The notes: generated from the sequence alone by a model not told the origin. 32,000 nucleotides of DNA from Thermosulfurimonas dismutans (GCF_001652585.1 NZ_LWLG01000004.1:1-32000), one strand, 5' to 3'; shown: positions 22,574-31,419, counted from the stretch's first letter. Program-made: numbers and translations.

Positions 22574-23633
22574 AGCGATCCTAGTTTGTGCTTTTCTACT
22601 CCTTTCGGCCTGCGGCTTTCAGCATGGCCCTACCCTCAAACAGTCTTCGCTAGGCTTCAATAAGGCCTTGCAACACGCCCTCTCCGAACAGATGCTACTC
22701 AATCTCGTCCGACTCCGGTATGGAGAACCCCCGATATTCCTCGAAGTCACGAGCATCTCCAGCCAATATGCCTTCTCTAGCGATTTTTCCGGAGGCGTAA
22801 AGATCAACGAGGTCTTTCCGGACTCCTACAGCCTGAATCTCGGTTTCTCCTATGCCACCAAACCTACCTTTACCTTCGTCCCCCTTCAGGGGGAAGAATT
22901 TGCCAAGAGGCTCCTTTCACCCATTCCAATAGAACACCTGATCCTGCTCTTAAATTCTGGCTGGCGGGTGGACCGGGTCCTAAGGCTCTGCGTACAGGCC
23001 ATAAACGACCTTCCAAACGCGCCCACGGCTTCTGGTCCCACTCCGGCCGAAGCCCCAGAATTTAAGGACTTTTTAGTTCTGAGCCGAAAACTGGAGATCC
23101 TCCGTAAGAAAGGACTTATCAAGTTCCTCTTCCTCCAAAAAGACCATCAGACACTCCCGGTCCTTATGCTGGACTCACGGGCCGAAGATCTTCCTGTTAC
23201 CGACGAGATACGCCATATCCTCAAGCTTGAGAAGGCCCCTTATTATCCTCTCGTAGGGCCAGAAACTCCCTCTGGACCGCGGCACATACGCATCGAAACC
23301 CGTTCCCTCATTGGGGTCTTATTCTATCTCTCCCAAGGTCTCGAGGTTCCCCAGGAGGATCTGCAAGGCGGTCGGGTGACCATTACCCGCTATCCCGATG
23401 GGCGTCCCTTTTCCTGGCAGGAAATGCTAGAAGACCTTTTCTGCGTTCGCACGAGCGAGAAACTCCCCTCCCAAGCCGCCCTAGCCGTGAAATACCGAGG
23501 AAGGTGGTTTTACATCCTCGATACTGACCTCCCCACCAAGTCCACCTTCATTCTACTCCAGCAACTCTTCGCGCTTGAGGCTTCCAAGGGCAAGATCCTT
23601 TCGCCTCTTCTAACTCTTCCGGTGGGTCAGTAA
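22551..23633 (+). CDS. Lipoprotein of unknown function
   Basis: I place the start at ATG 22551-22553 (MKTHLPFKAILVCAFLLLSAC/GF, a clear lipobox). This overlaps the rgy 3' end by 23 nt. 360 aa with no family recognised. The 3' end overlaps the convergent MTHFR gene by 24 nt. Confidence 0.6.
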   Translation: MKTHLPFKAILVCAFLLLSACGFQHGPTLKQSSLGFNKALQHALSEQMLLNLVRLRYGEPPIFLEVTSISSQYAFSSDFSGGVKINEVFPDSYSLNLGFSYATKPTFTFVPLQGEEFAKRLLSPIPIEHLILLLNSGWRVDRVLRLCVQAINDLPNAPTASGPTPAEAPEFKDFLVLSRKLEILRKKGLIKFLFLQKDHQTLPVLMLDSRAEDLPVTDEIRHILKLEKAPYYPLVGPETPSGPRHIRIETRSLIGVLFYLSQGLEVPQEDLQGGRVTITRYPDGRPFSWQEMLEDLFCVRTSEKLPSQAALAVKYRGRWFYILDTDLPTKSTFILLQQLFALEASKGKILSPLLTLPVGQ

Positions 23634-25145
23634 ACTATGATGGTCCTTTCCCAGATAGAAATTGAGCCAGGAGGAAGTTCGATAAAGGGCCCAATTGCGG
23701 GGAGGGATCTCGTTTTCAAGGAGCTTCTTCCGTCGTTCCTCCGGTGACAATCTCTCGTAAATCCTTACGTAAACACAGCGACGCTTACCGGGATAGACTT
23801 CACACCAGCCATCCCGGCTCCCCCCACAGGGGCCGTTCAGCAAATATTTGGCACACTGGCTCTGAGGACAAAGAAAGGCCAACTCTCCAAGCGTACAATC
23901 CCCGCACTCCTGACAATCAAAAAGGGGTTTCTTGAAGCCATATTCCAGCCGAGCAAAATACTTTTCGAACCGGCTTCCGGAAAGCCTCTCAAAAAAGCTC
24001 TTAGTCAGGCGGAAAAAAGGGGCCTTTGATGAGAAAAAGAGACGATGTATCAGACCAGAAAAGAGGAAAGTGAGGCTCCTTACACTTCGTGGAGAGAGGC
24101 CACGACGTCTGCGGAGATTGAGACCGGTTTCCGGATCTCTATCATAAAGAAAAAAGCTTCTCTCCGGGGCCTCAGAAAATTCCGGCAGAAATTCCTTCCA
24201 GGAAGGATAGAACTCTTCAGCCATGGCAAGGAGTTCCCTTGCGGCCACCGGATCAAGCGGAGCTCCACAGATGTGAGCACCTTGAAACCCCAACCCCTTT
24301 AAGAGGGCCATGAGTTTAGCCGCTCGGAGGAGAGCGGCCTCCCGTCCCTTGTCCGGCCTCCGGGCTTCGGCCTCTACGGTCTTAAGGAGCCTTTCCGTGA
24401 CCGTAATCCCAGGAACCGCCCCCCGATAAAGAATGCGAGCCAGCCGGACATCCATTACCAAGATGCTTCCCAAAATTGGAACCTCTCCAAACCCCTCTTC
24501 TTCGAGAAAAAACTTCAATTCCTGAAACTTGCGGGCTGAAAAGCCCACCTGAGTAATCACGAACCGGGCTCCGGCCCGGAGCTTTCGTATGAGTTTGTAG
24601 TATTGCGTTACGGTCTCGGCCTCGGACCACTTGAAAGGATTGACTACACAGCCGGCAAAAAAAGGAATAGGTGGCAGAGTAATGCCTCCACCAGGAACTT
24701 CTGGCGGGAGTAGAAAGCCCTTTTCCATCTCGGAAATAAGACGAAGCAAGGAAACCGAGTCCAGATCGAAGACCGGTTTGGCCCGGCCACGATAACCGTA
24801 ACGGGGATAATCTCCAGTAAGAATCAAAAGATTGTGCAGACCCTCACGATCCAAGGCCAGAAGATCGCTTTCGATCTTGTTACGGTTCTTGTCCTTACAG
24901 GAGAAATGGATGATAGGTTCATGGCCCATGCGTTTGAGTTCCCGCCCCAGGGCCTCCGGGGCCAGTGCCGGGTGCCCCCCGGCGTTGTCCGTAATAGATA
25001 AAGCATCGAAAAGCCCGTCTTCGGCTACCTTCTCGGCAAACCCGATGATATCGCGGTAGTGCCGAGTACGAGTACTCCTTCCCGGAACCAGCTCAAAGGT
25101 AACCAGAAAGTCCTTTTCATAAAGATTCCTGCGGAAGGATCTCAT
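23610..25145 (-). CDS. metF: Methylenetetrahydrofolate reductase with a fused C-terminal Cys-rich MTHFR_C (MetV-like) domain
   Basis: N-terminal half: FLVTFELVPGRS..., SITDNAGGHPALAP, HFSCKDKNRNKIESDLLALDREGLHNLLILTGDYP (MTHFR TIM-barrel motifs). C-terminal: CQECGDCTLGELAFLCPQSQCAKYLLNGPCGG. Confidence 0.8.
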   Translation of the reverse strand: MRSFRRNLYEKDFLVTFELVPGRSTRTRHYRDIIGFAEKVAEDGLFDALSITDNAGGHPALAPEALGRELKRMGHEPIIHFSCKDKNRNKIESDLLALDREGLHNLLILTGDYPRYGYRGRAKPVFDLDSVSLLRLISEMEKGFLLPPEVPGGGITLPPIPFFAGCVVNPFKWSEAETVTQYYKLIRKLRAGARFVITQVGFSARKFQELKFFLEEEGFGEVPILGSILVMDVRLARILYRGAVPGITVTERLLKTVEAEARRPDKGREAALLRAAKLMALLKGLGFQGAHICGAPLDPVAARELLAMAEEFYPSWKEFLPEFSEAPERSFFLYDRDPETGLNLRRRRGLSPRSVRSLTFLFSGLIHRLFFSSKAPFFRLTKSFFERLSGSRFEKYFARLEYGFKKPLFDCQECGDCTLGELAFLCPQSQCAKYLLNGPCGGSRDGWCEVYPGKRRCVYVRIYERLSPEERRKKLLENEIPPRNWALYRTSSWLNFYLGKDHHSLLTHRKS

Positions 25146-25150
25146 GGATC

Positions 25151-26509
25151 TTACCGAGAAAGTCCCAAGGCCTTGAGTTTACGGTGAAGATAGCTCCTGC
25201 GCAAGCCAATGGCCTCGGCCATACGACTGATGTTTCCTCCGAATTCTTCGAGTTTGCGTCTAAGGTACTCTCGCTCAAAAAGCTCCCGGGCCTCCTTAAA
25301 ACTATCGGCAACAAACCAGGGGGGAAGTTCTTCTTCTGGAACCTTTTCAGCATATTCCAGAAACTCTCTCGGGAGATCGTTCAGGGTAATCTCCTCGCCA
25401 AGGGAGATGATTACCAGGCGTTCGATTAGGTTCTTGAGCTCCCTCACATTCCCGGGCCAGGGATACCTCTTTAAGACCTCTAGGACCTCCGGGGCCAAGG
25501 TCTTGCGGCCAAGGCCACTATGCCGCGAAAGGTTGTCCAAGAACTCCTCCACCAGAAGAGGGATATCTTCTGGTCGTTCCCTCAAGGGAGGAATGGTGAT
25601 AGGCACCACATTCAAACGGAAGTAAAGATCCTCTCGAAAACGACCGGCCTCGATCTCCTTTTTTAAATCCTTGTTGGTGGCCGCAATAATCCGCACATCC
25701 ACTTCAATCAAGCGGTCTCCGCCCACCCGTTGGAAGCGTTTTTCCTGAAGCACCCTCAGGACCTTGGCCTGAGCAGAAAGGCTCATATCGCCCACTTCGT
25801 CAAGGAAAAGGGTTCCCCCGTGGGCCTGATCGAACTTGCCCTTGCGGGCCTGAGTGGCTCCGGTGAAGGCTCCCTTCTCGTGCCCAAAGAGCTCAGACTC
25901 GATCAAGGTTTCCGGGATGGCCGCACAGTTCACCTCCACGAAAGGCCCCCGATCTCGATGGGAAAGCCGATGAATCATCCGAGCAGCCACCTCCTTGCCC
26001 ACCCCGGATTCCCCCTGGATGAGCACCGTAGCATCCGTGGGAGCTACCCGAGCAATGAGGGTCCGCACCTCCCTTATGGCCGGAGACTCGCCGGTAAGCC
26101 CGGGCTCCTTGAGGCGGGCCCTAAGCCGAATGTTCTCCTCCTCAAGGGCCTTGAATCTCAGTGCGTTTTCCACCGAAACCACTACCCGATCGTAGGAAAG
26201 CGGCTTTTCCAAAAAGTCAAAGGCCCCGAGCTTTACGGCCTTTACCGCCATCTCAATAGTCCCGTGTCCGGAGATGATGATGACCGGAAGGTGGGGATAG
26301 ACTTTCTTGATCCTGGAAAGGACCTCTAGGCCGTCCATCCCAGGAAGCCAGATATCTAGTAGTATCAGATCCGGGGAATTTTCTTCAAGTATCCGCAGGG
26401 TTTCCTCCCCGGTCTCGGCACACCGCACCTGATAGCCTTCGTCCTCAAGGATGTCCCGTAGGCTCTCAAGGATGCTCTTTTCGTCATCCACTACCAGGAT
26501 CTCAGGCAT
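25151..26509 (-). CDS. Sigma-54-dependent response regulator (NtrC/NtrX-like: REC, AAA+, Fis-type HTH)
   Basis: REC domain ILVVDDEKSI...DLILLDIWLPGMDG. AAA+ domain GESGVGKEVAARMIH, ESELFGHEKGAFTGA (GAFTGA loop), TLFLDEVGD. C-terminal HTH GNISRMAEAIGLRRSYLHRKLK. Confidence 0.9.
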   Translation of the reverse strand: MPEILVVDDEKSILESLRDILEDEGYQVRCAETGEETLRILEENSPDLILLDIWLPGMDGLEVLSRIKKVYPHLPVIIISGHGTIEMAVKAVKLGAFDFLEKPLSYDRVVVSVENALRFKALEEENIRLRARLKEPGLTGESPAIREVRTLIARVAPTDATVLIQGESGVGKEVAARMIHRLSHRDRGPFVEVNCAAIPETLIESELFGHEKGAFTGATQARKGKFDQAHGGTLFLDEVGDMSLSAQAKVLRVLQEKRFQRVGGDRLIEVDVRIIAATNKDLKKEIEAGRFREDLYFRLNVVPITIPPLRERPEDIPLLVEEFLDNLSRHSGLGRKTLAPEVLEVLKRYPWPGNVRELKNLIERLVIISLGEEITLNDLPREFLEYAEKVPEEELPPWFVADSFKEARELFEREYLRRKLEEFGGNISRMAEAIGLRRSYLHRKLKALGLSR

Positions 26510-28670
26510 CTTCCCTCCGGCGGAAGGGAAGTTTTACGATGAAACGAGCCCCGTGAGGTTGATGATCCTCGGCTCTGATCTCCCCTCCATGGCCCTGCAC
26601 TATGGAATTCACGATAGCCAGTCCTAGTCCCGTGCTTCCCTTACCCGAGGCGTAAGGTTCGAACAACCGGGCCTTGAGTTCCGAGGGGATCCCGGGACCA
26701 TTATCAGTCACCTCCAAAAAGACCCATTCTCCCTCTCGGTAGAGTTTGACCTCTATCATACCCTTGCCGGAAAGGGCCGAAATGGCATTGTCAAAAAGGT
26801 TGAGGAGGACCCGTTTCATTTGGTCCCGGTCGAACAGAAAAGGCGGCACCTTTCCGGCTTCGAAGCGGAACTCGATTTCTCGGTGGGCCTCTTCATAAAG
26901 GGCAATGGTTTCCCTTATCACCGTTGTCAGGTCGTTTTCCTTGAGTTTAAGTCCAGGGAGCCTGGCAAAGGCCGAAAATTCATTTACTAGGTGTTTAAGT
27001 TCCTCCACTTGGTTCTCGATGGTAGTAGTGCAACGAAAAAGGATCTCTCCGTCTTCGGGAGATAGTTTCCCAGAGAGTTTGCGTCGCAATCTCTGGGCTG
27101 AAAGCTGAATAGGGGTAAGAGGATTCTTGACTTCGTGGGCAATACGGCGAGCTACCTCCCGCCAAGCGGCTAGTCTTTCCATGCGTTCCTTTTCCGTAAA
27201 ATCCTCAAGTATAAAAAGATAGCCCGGAAAGGCTTCCTCTGGAAGCCGAATAACCGTAATCCCCAGTACCAGATGCCTTTCACCTTCATACAATCTCACC
27301 GGAGTGCTAAGAGGTCTATCACGGGGTACCTTCTCTAGGAGATCCTTAAAGTTTAGGTAAAGACTTTCGGGAAGCACATCATGCAAGCTCTTCCCCGAAG
27401 CCGATGGTTCTAAGTCAAGGAGTTCCCGGGCCCGGCGATTGAGGAGGGTAATCCTTTCCTCTTGATCCACAGCTATAACTCCGGACGTAATATGGGCTAG
27501 GACGGTCTCGAGATAAGCCGTGCGGCGGGAGAGCTCCTCGTTGGCCTCAGAAAGGGCTCGAGTGGTTTCCTCCACCCTTTCCCGATAGAGTTTGAGCTCC
27601 CTGGCCATCTCCCGGAAGGCCCGCACCAGAACACCTACCTCGTCCGAGGTCTCTTGCGGAAGGCTAACCTCAAAGTCCCGGGAGGCAATCCGGCCTGCGG
27701 CTTCGGTGAGCTCCTGAAGGGGCTCAGTAAGTCTTCGGGCAAAACGCATCCCAAACCATAAACCCACAAAGATGGTAAGAAGGGTCACCAAAAGTAGCAC
27801 CAAAAGAAGCGAGGTCTTCAAGGGTCCTTTTAAGAATTTGAGCTGTTGATAGAGACCTACTCCGGAACTGATATCCTTGATGAGCTTTTCAAGCCCGGGA
27901 TCAAGAAATTCTCCACCGGCTACAATTACGGGCTGTTGTTTGAAGGCTGTGAGCACGAAAACCCTCAAAAGGACTTTGCCCTCCAGATCGCTGGTCTCTG
28001 AAAGGGGAGACTTTTCTGAAAGTATCTGGGAAAGAAGGGAAGGGGGAATGCCTAGAGGATTCTTAATCTCTCGGGCATACGATTTCTTGAGGAGACGTCC
28101 TTGGGCATCATAAATCTCAAGACTTGCAAGGGATAGTTTTTTCCGGTAGCGCCCAACGTACTTAGAGGAAAGTCTTCGGGTTTTTTTTACATAATTATTA
28201 ATAAAGTTCTGGGTCTTTACCAAGATCTCCCGTTCTTTATCCTGGTAATAAGCCCGAGCTTCGAAAAGGGCCTTCTCCAGTTGCTGATCTAGGTTGCTAC
28301 CGAACCAGTACTCCAGGCTGGTCTCAATGAAACGGTGAGAAACCGCAAAAAGAAGCAGAGCTGGAATAAAACTGAGCACCACAAAAGAAAGGGTCAATTT
28401 TAGACGTAGGCTACGGGAAAGTCGACTGTTCCGGGCCTCGAAAATGGTCTTCAAGAGGTTCCGTAAGACCAGGTAGATGACTAGTAGCAGGAGGATGAGA
28501 TTGATCTGGATGAGAGCAAAGATGATGAGATTTTGGCCAGAAAATTTAAAAGGCAGGATCTGAAAGGCCTTAAATTCCAAAAAGGCAAAAAGAGTAAAAA
28601 GGATAAGTCCTATCAGTATTAAATGAAATTCTCGGCGGCGTTTGAGTCTTTCCTCTAGTTCGGACCTCAT
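26502..28670 (-). CDS. Membrane sensor histidine kinase, NtrY-like (TM segments, HAMP, PAS, HisKA, HATPase_c)
   Basis: 722 aa. Several N-terminal TM helices. HAMP (RRLTEPLQELTEAAGRIASRDF). PAS-like segment. H-box RRIAHEVKNPLTPI. N/G boxes LLNLFDNAISA, DNGPGIP, GSTGLGLAIV. Start and stop overlap both neighbours (ATGA with the upstream gene, 8 nt with the downstream gene). Confidence 0.88.
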   Translation of the reverse strand: MRSELEERLKRRREFHLILIGLILFTLFAFLEFKAFQILPFKFSGQNLIIFALIQINLILLLLVIYLVLRNLLKTIFEARNSRLSRSLRLKLTLSFVVLSFIPALLLFAVSHRFIETSLEYWFGSNLDQQLEKALFEARAYYQDKEREILVKTQNFINNYVKKTRRLSSKYVGRYRKKLSLASLEIYDAQGRLLKKSYAREIKNPLGIPPSLLSQILSEKSPLSETSDLEGKVLLRVFVLTAFKQQPVIVAGGEFLDPGLEKLIKDISSGVGLYQQLKFLKGPLKTSLLLVLLLVTLLTIFVGLWFGMRFARRLTEPLQELTEAAGRIASRDFEVSLPQETSDEVGVLVRAFREMARELKLYRERVEETTRALSEANEELSRRTAYLETVLAHITSGVIAVDQEERITLLNRRARELLDLEPSASGKSLHDVLPESLYLNFKDLLEKVPRDRPLSTPVRLYEGERHLVLGITVIRLPEEAFPGYLFILEDFTEKERMERLAAWREVARRIAHEVKNPLTPIQLSAQRLRRKLSGKLSPEDGEILFRCTTTIENQVEELKHLVNEFSAFARLPGLKLKENDLTTVIRETIALYEEAHREIEFRFEAGKVPPFLFDRDQMKRVLLNLFDNAISALSGKGMIEVKLYREGEWVFLEVTDNGPGIPSELKARLFEPYASGKGSTGLGLAIVNSIVQGHGGEIRAEDHQPHGARFIVKLPFRRREDA

Positions 28671-29221
28671 AACGAAAACCTGAGGTTTTCCCAGGAAGTC
28701 TCCAAGGTGTCGCCTCTAAAAAGCAAAAATTTTATGATTTTTTTGGGCCAGCCGGTTTTGGTAAATTTCCTGACCACGGCCCGGACTTTCAAGCGATAGT
28801 TGGCCTGAGCCGAAAGGCGGGAAAGGGGAAGTAGGGGTAATCCTTCCAAGGAGGAAGCTATCGCAAGGGCCTGCCTTGCGGAACCAGCCCTAAAAGGCGC
28901 CTCCAAGGCCCCTACGGTTTGTACGAAAAAAACATTCTTGATAGGGTCGTAATAAACCGTACGGGTCAGTTCCTGAACGGTTACCCTCTCGTCCCTCAAA
29001 AATCTTCGGATACGATAAACCTCTATCTGATAAGTAAAGCTCAACCCTAGACCATGCCTCAAAGCCTCTCGCAGATCTTGCCAAGGGAGTTCTTCAAGAT
29101 AGGCGTAGAGCAGAAGATAATCCCCATAAGGAGCCACACTTAGATCCTTTATTTTTAGAGCCCAAACCGAGGCCGTGTTAACCCAGAAAGCGATGATTAA
29201 AAAAAGGAGTTTCCACCTCAA
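28667..29221 (-). CDS. Exported small protein, DUF4390-like (name based mainly on its position directly upstream of the NtrY-like kinase)
   Basis: 184-aa ORF. Signal peptide MRWKLLFLIIAFWVNTASVWA/LK. 4-nt overlaps with both neighbours. DUF4390-family genes are commonly found directly upstream of ntrY. Sequence similarity was not verified. Confidence 0.55.
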   Translation of the reverse strand: MRWKLLFLIIAFWVNTASVWALKIKDLSVAPYGDYLLLYAYLEELPWQDLREALRHGLGLSFTYQIEVYRIRRFLRDERVTVQELTRTVYYDPIKNVFFVQTVGALEAPFRAGSARQALAIASSLEGLPLLPLSRLSAQANYRLKVRAVVRKFTKTGWPKKIIKFLLFRGDTLETSWENLRFSL

Positions 29222-29748
29222 AGGATCTCCTTCAAAATGAAGGTTTCAAGGGGTTTGCGTCCGGTCCGTTTACGGCGATCATTGGGATATCCCAGGGCCA
29301 CCACGGCTGCCAGCTCCAGCCCCTCTGGAAGCCCTAGGACCTCTCGCACCTTATCTCCATTTTTGAGGATCTCTCCCAGCCACACCCCTCCGAGTCCTAG
29401 GGCATGAGCTGCTAGAAGCATATTCTCCAGACAAGCCCCGGCGGACTGGTGGTCCTTTATTTGGTGGTACATGACAGCTTGATCCAAAAAGACGGCGATC
29501 ACCACCGGTGCCCGCCGGATGATTTCCCCGTAGCGGGTAAGCTCGGCCAGTTTCTCCTTTATTTCCGCATTCCAGACGATAGCAAACCGCCATGGCTGGT
29601 TGTTGAGCCCTGAAGGGGCCCAAATACCGGCCCTTATGACTTCAAGAACAAGTTCCCGGGGAGGAACCTCTTGGGTATATTCCCGGATGCTCCTCCGTCC
29701 GTAGATGGCCTTAAGAACCGGATTTTCCATAAAGTTCATCGCGCTCAT
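29218..29748 (-). CDS. Nitroreductase-family FMN oxidoreductase
   Basis: GRRSIREYTQEVPPRELVLEVIRAGIWAPSGLNNQPWRFAIV is the canonical nitroreductase N-terminus. The start could be M1, M4 or M7. All three overlap the upstream gene. Confidence 0.85.
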   Translation of the reverse strand: MSAMNFMENPVLKAIYGRRSIREYTQEVPPRELVLEVIRAGIWAPSGLNNQPWRFAIVWNAEIKEKLAELTRYGEIIRRAPVVIAVFLDQAVMYHQIKDHQSAGACLENMLLAAHALGLGGVWLGEILKNGDKVREVLGLPEGLELAAVVALGYPNDRRKRTGRKPLETFILKEIL

Positions 29749-30421
29749 TTTCTTCTTCCCAGATCATTTTATCTTTTAATACTCGTTGACGAATTCTTTC
29801 AAGTTGATCTAGATCTTCCTTATAAGCCAACTTTTCCGAATAGCCCTTTAAAATTTTTACCAGGCGAGCGGTAAGGCGTCCCACGTTGATGGCGTCCATG
29901 GCGGCCCGGTCGTCGAAAATGGCCTCTTTTCCACGATGGGAGTAAGCGTGGGCCCAAGGTGGGATCACGGCTCCCATGGCGTTCAATACCGTCAGCAGAT
30001 AGGCCCCGGAAAGGGTCACCCCGGCGTCTGCCCCCACCGTGATCACCCCGACGGCTTTGCCCTCCACATAACTGGGCTCTCCAAAGGCCACCATGTTTTC
30101 GAGGGCTGTCATGCGATCAATAAGGATCTTTAACGGCCCGGAGGGGCCATACCAGTAAACCGGCGAGGCTATGATATAGCCGTCAGCTTTTTTGAGTTTC
30201 TGGAGGATCTCTTTGCCATAGTCTTCGAAGATACACGGATATTTACACGTAGGTTCCTCTTCCTGGACGCAACCGATACAGGGTTCGATCTTTTGGGCAT
30301 ACACGCTTATCAATTCGGTAGCCACGCCTTCTTCCTCGGCGGCGTAAAGGGCGCAACGCAGAAGAGAGCCCGAACCTCCAAAGGGGTGCGGCGAACCGAG
30401 TATCCCTATGATCCTAGGCAT
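29711..30421 (-). CDS. Iron-sulfur flavoprotein-like NADPH-dependent FMN reductase family protein
   Basis: IIGILGSPHPFGGSGSLL..., compact Cys cluster CIGCVQEEEPTCKYPC, and ADGYIIASPVYWYGPSGPLKILIDR, which is typical of the FMN_red/Isf family. Confidence 0.75.
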   Translation of the reverse strand: MPRIIGILGSPHPFGGSGSLLRCALYAAEEEGVATELISVYAQKIEPCIGCVQEEEPTCKYPCIFEDYGKEILQKLKKADGYIIASPVYWYGPSGPLKILIDRMTALENMVAFGEPSYVEGKAVGVITVGADAGVTLSGAYLLTVLNAMGAVIPPWAHAYSHRGKEAIFDDRAAMDAINVGRLTARLVKILKGYSEKLAYKEDLDQLERIRQRVLKDKMIWEEENERDELYGKSGS

Positions 30422-31328
30422 TGCGATTCAAGACCTCCGTAAGCCAGAATTTGGGCAGGGCAAAAGAGGCCCGGTGGACCTCGTGGGTATAATACTTGGT
30501 CGCCGGAACACTCTTTTTACGAGGTTCGCCAGGGTCTCCTCCAGGGAACCTCAACACATAGGCGTTGTCCCCCCCAAAGGAGGGAATGGAAGCCCGATAA
30601 CAGAAGACCTCTCCTTTGGAGTAGACGTTGGTAAAGACCTTGTAAGAGCCTTCGAGGATGTTCTTCATAGTAAAGGGAGTAGCTGCCTGCTGGACAATGG
30701 CTCCTCCCGGGGCCAGTTTTAGAAGTAGCCGGTGAAAATCTTCGCTAAACAAGGAATGCGAGAGTTCCAGGGTGAAGTCGGAGGTAGAAATATCCGGATC
30801 GGTGGAGTCGATTATCACGAGATCGAAAGTTTGCCCCTGGCTTACGAGATCTTCCACCAGCTTAAAGGCATCCACGGTTAGGAGCTTGAGACGCGGATCA
30901 TCCGGATTTTCGGGAAGGAGCTCCGGGAAAAATTCTTTTACTACTCGCGGTACTCGGGGGTCGATATCGGCGATGAGGACTTCTTCCACTTCCGGATACT
31001 TGAGGACCTCCCGAGCGGCCCCGAAGTCTCCACCTCCACAGATGAGAACCCTTTTGACTTTGCCCTCTGGAAAGGCCTGGATAGGGATGTGCACCAAGGC
31101 TTCGTGATAGATGAACTCATCCCGAGAGGTGAACTGCGCGGTGCCATTTATAAAGAGAATTCGTCCCCAGAAAGGGGTCTCCAGGATCATGATGGCCTGT
31201 TCTCCGCCTTCCTCGTGCAGCACGATCCCTTCATAGCCGTAAAAGTAGCCCTTTTGTACCGGCTCACCCAGAATGATCTTGGCCCCTTGCCCTTCGGTGG
31301 GCAAGGAATCTTCCATAATAGCCGCCAT
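30414..31328 (-). CDS. speE: Polyamine aminopropyltransferase (spermidine synthase family)
   Basis: LFINGTAQFTSRDEFIYHEALVHIP, VLICGGGDFGAAREVLKY, VEEVLIADIDPRV, DLVIIDSTDP. I place the start at ATG 31326-31328 (MAAIMEDS...), which is preceded by AGAGGAGG 5 nt upstream. The tracked start at 31358 lacks a Shine-Dalgarno sequence. Confidence 0.85.
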   Translation of the reverse strand: MAAIMEDSLPTEGQGAKIILGEPVQKGYFYGYEGIVLHEEGGEQAIMILETPFWGRILFINGTAQFTSRDEFIYHEALVHIPIQAFPEGKVKRVLICGGGDFGAAREVLKYPEVEEVLIADIDPRVPRVVKEFFPELLPENPDDPRLKLLTVDAFKLVEDLVSQGQTFDLVIIDSTDPDISTSDFTLELSHSLFSEDFHRLLLKLAPGGAIVQQAATPFTMKNILEGSYKVFTNVYSKGEVFCYRASIPSFGGDNAYVLRFPGGDPGEPRKKSVPATKYYTHEVHRASFALPKFWLTEVLNRNA

Positions 31329-31379
31329 AGATGCCTCCTCTTGAGGTCTCGCCTCCATAATTACAGGAATCTTATCCTC

Positions 31380-31408
31380 TTGCCAAGTTAACTCCCTGGC
31401 ATTAAAAT
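31380..31408 (+). promoter_or_regulatory. Sigma70-type promoter for tRNA-Arg, probably also driving queF (TTGCCA-N17-TAAAAT)
   Basis: TTGCCAagttaactccctggcatTAAAAT. The -10 hexamer ends 11 nt before the mature tRNA 5' end at 31420. Confidence 0.55.
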
Positions 31409-31419
31409 CACAAGCAAGC

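Noticed and set aside
25184-26329. Plus-strand ORFs of 81-199 aa antisense to the sigma54 regulator. Similar ORFs lie opposite YcaO, miaA/mutL, PIN-TRAM, rgy, MTHFR, the kinase and speE.
   Set aside because: GC-rich coding regions generate long stop-free antisense frames. The products are R/S/P/G-rich with no motifs, while the sense genes have unambiguous family signatures.
31329-31358. Longer start for speE ([10 protein letters not shown]...)
   Set aside because: There is no Shine-Dalgarno sequence upstream of 31358, whereas ATG 31328 is preceded by AGAGGAGG at ideal spacing. The difference is only 10 codons, so the uncertainty is minor.
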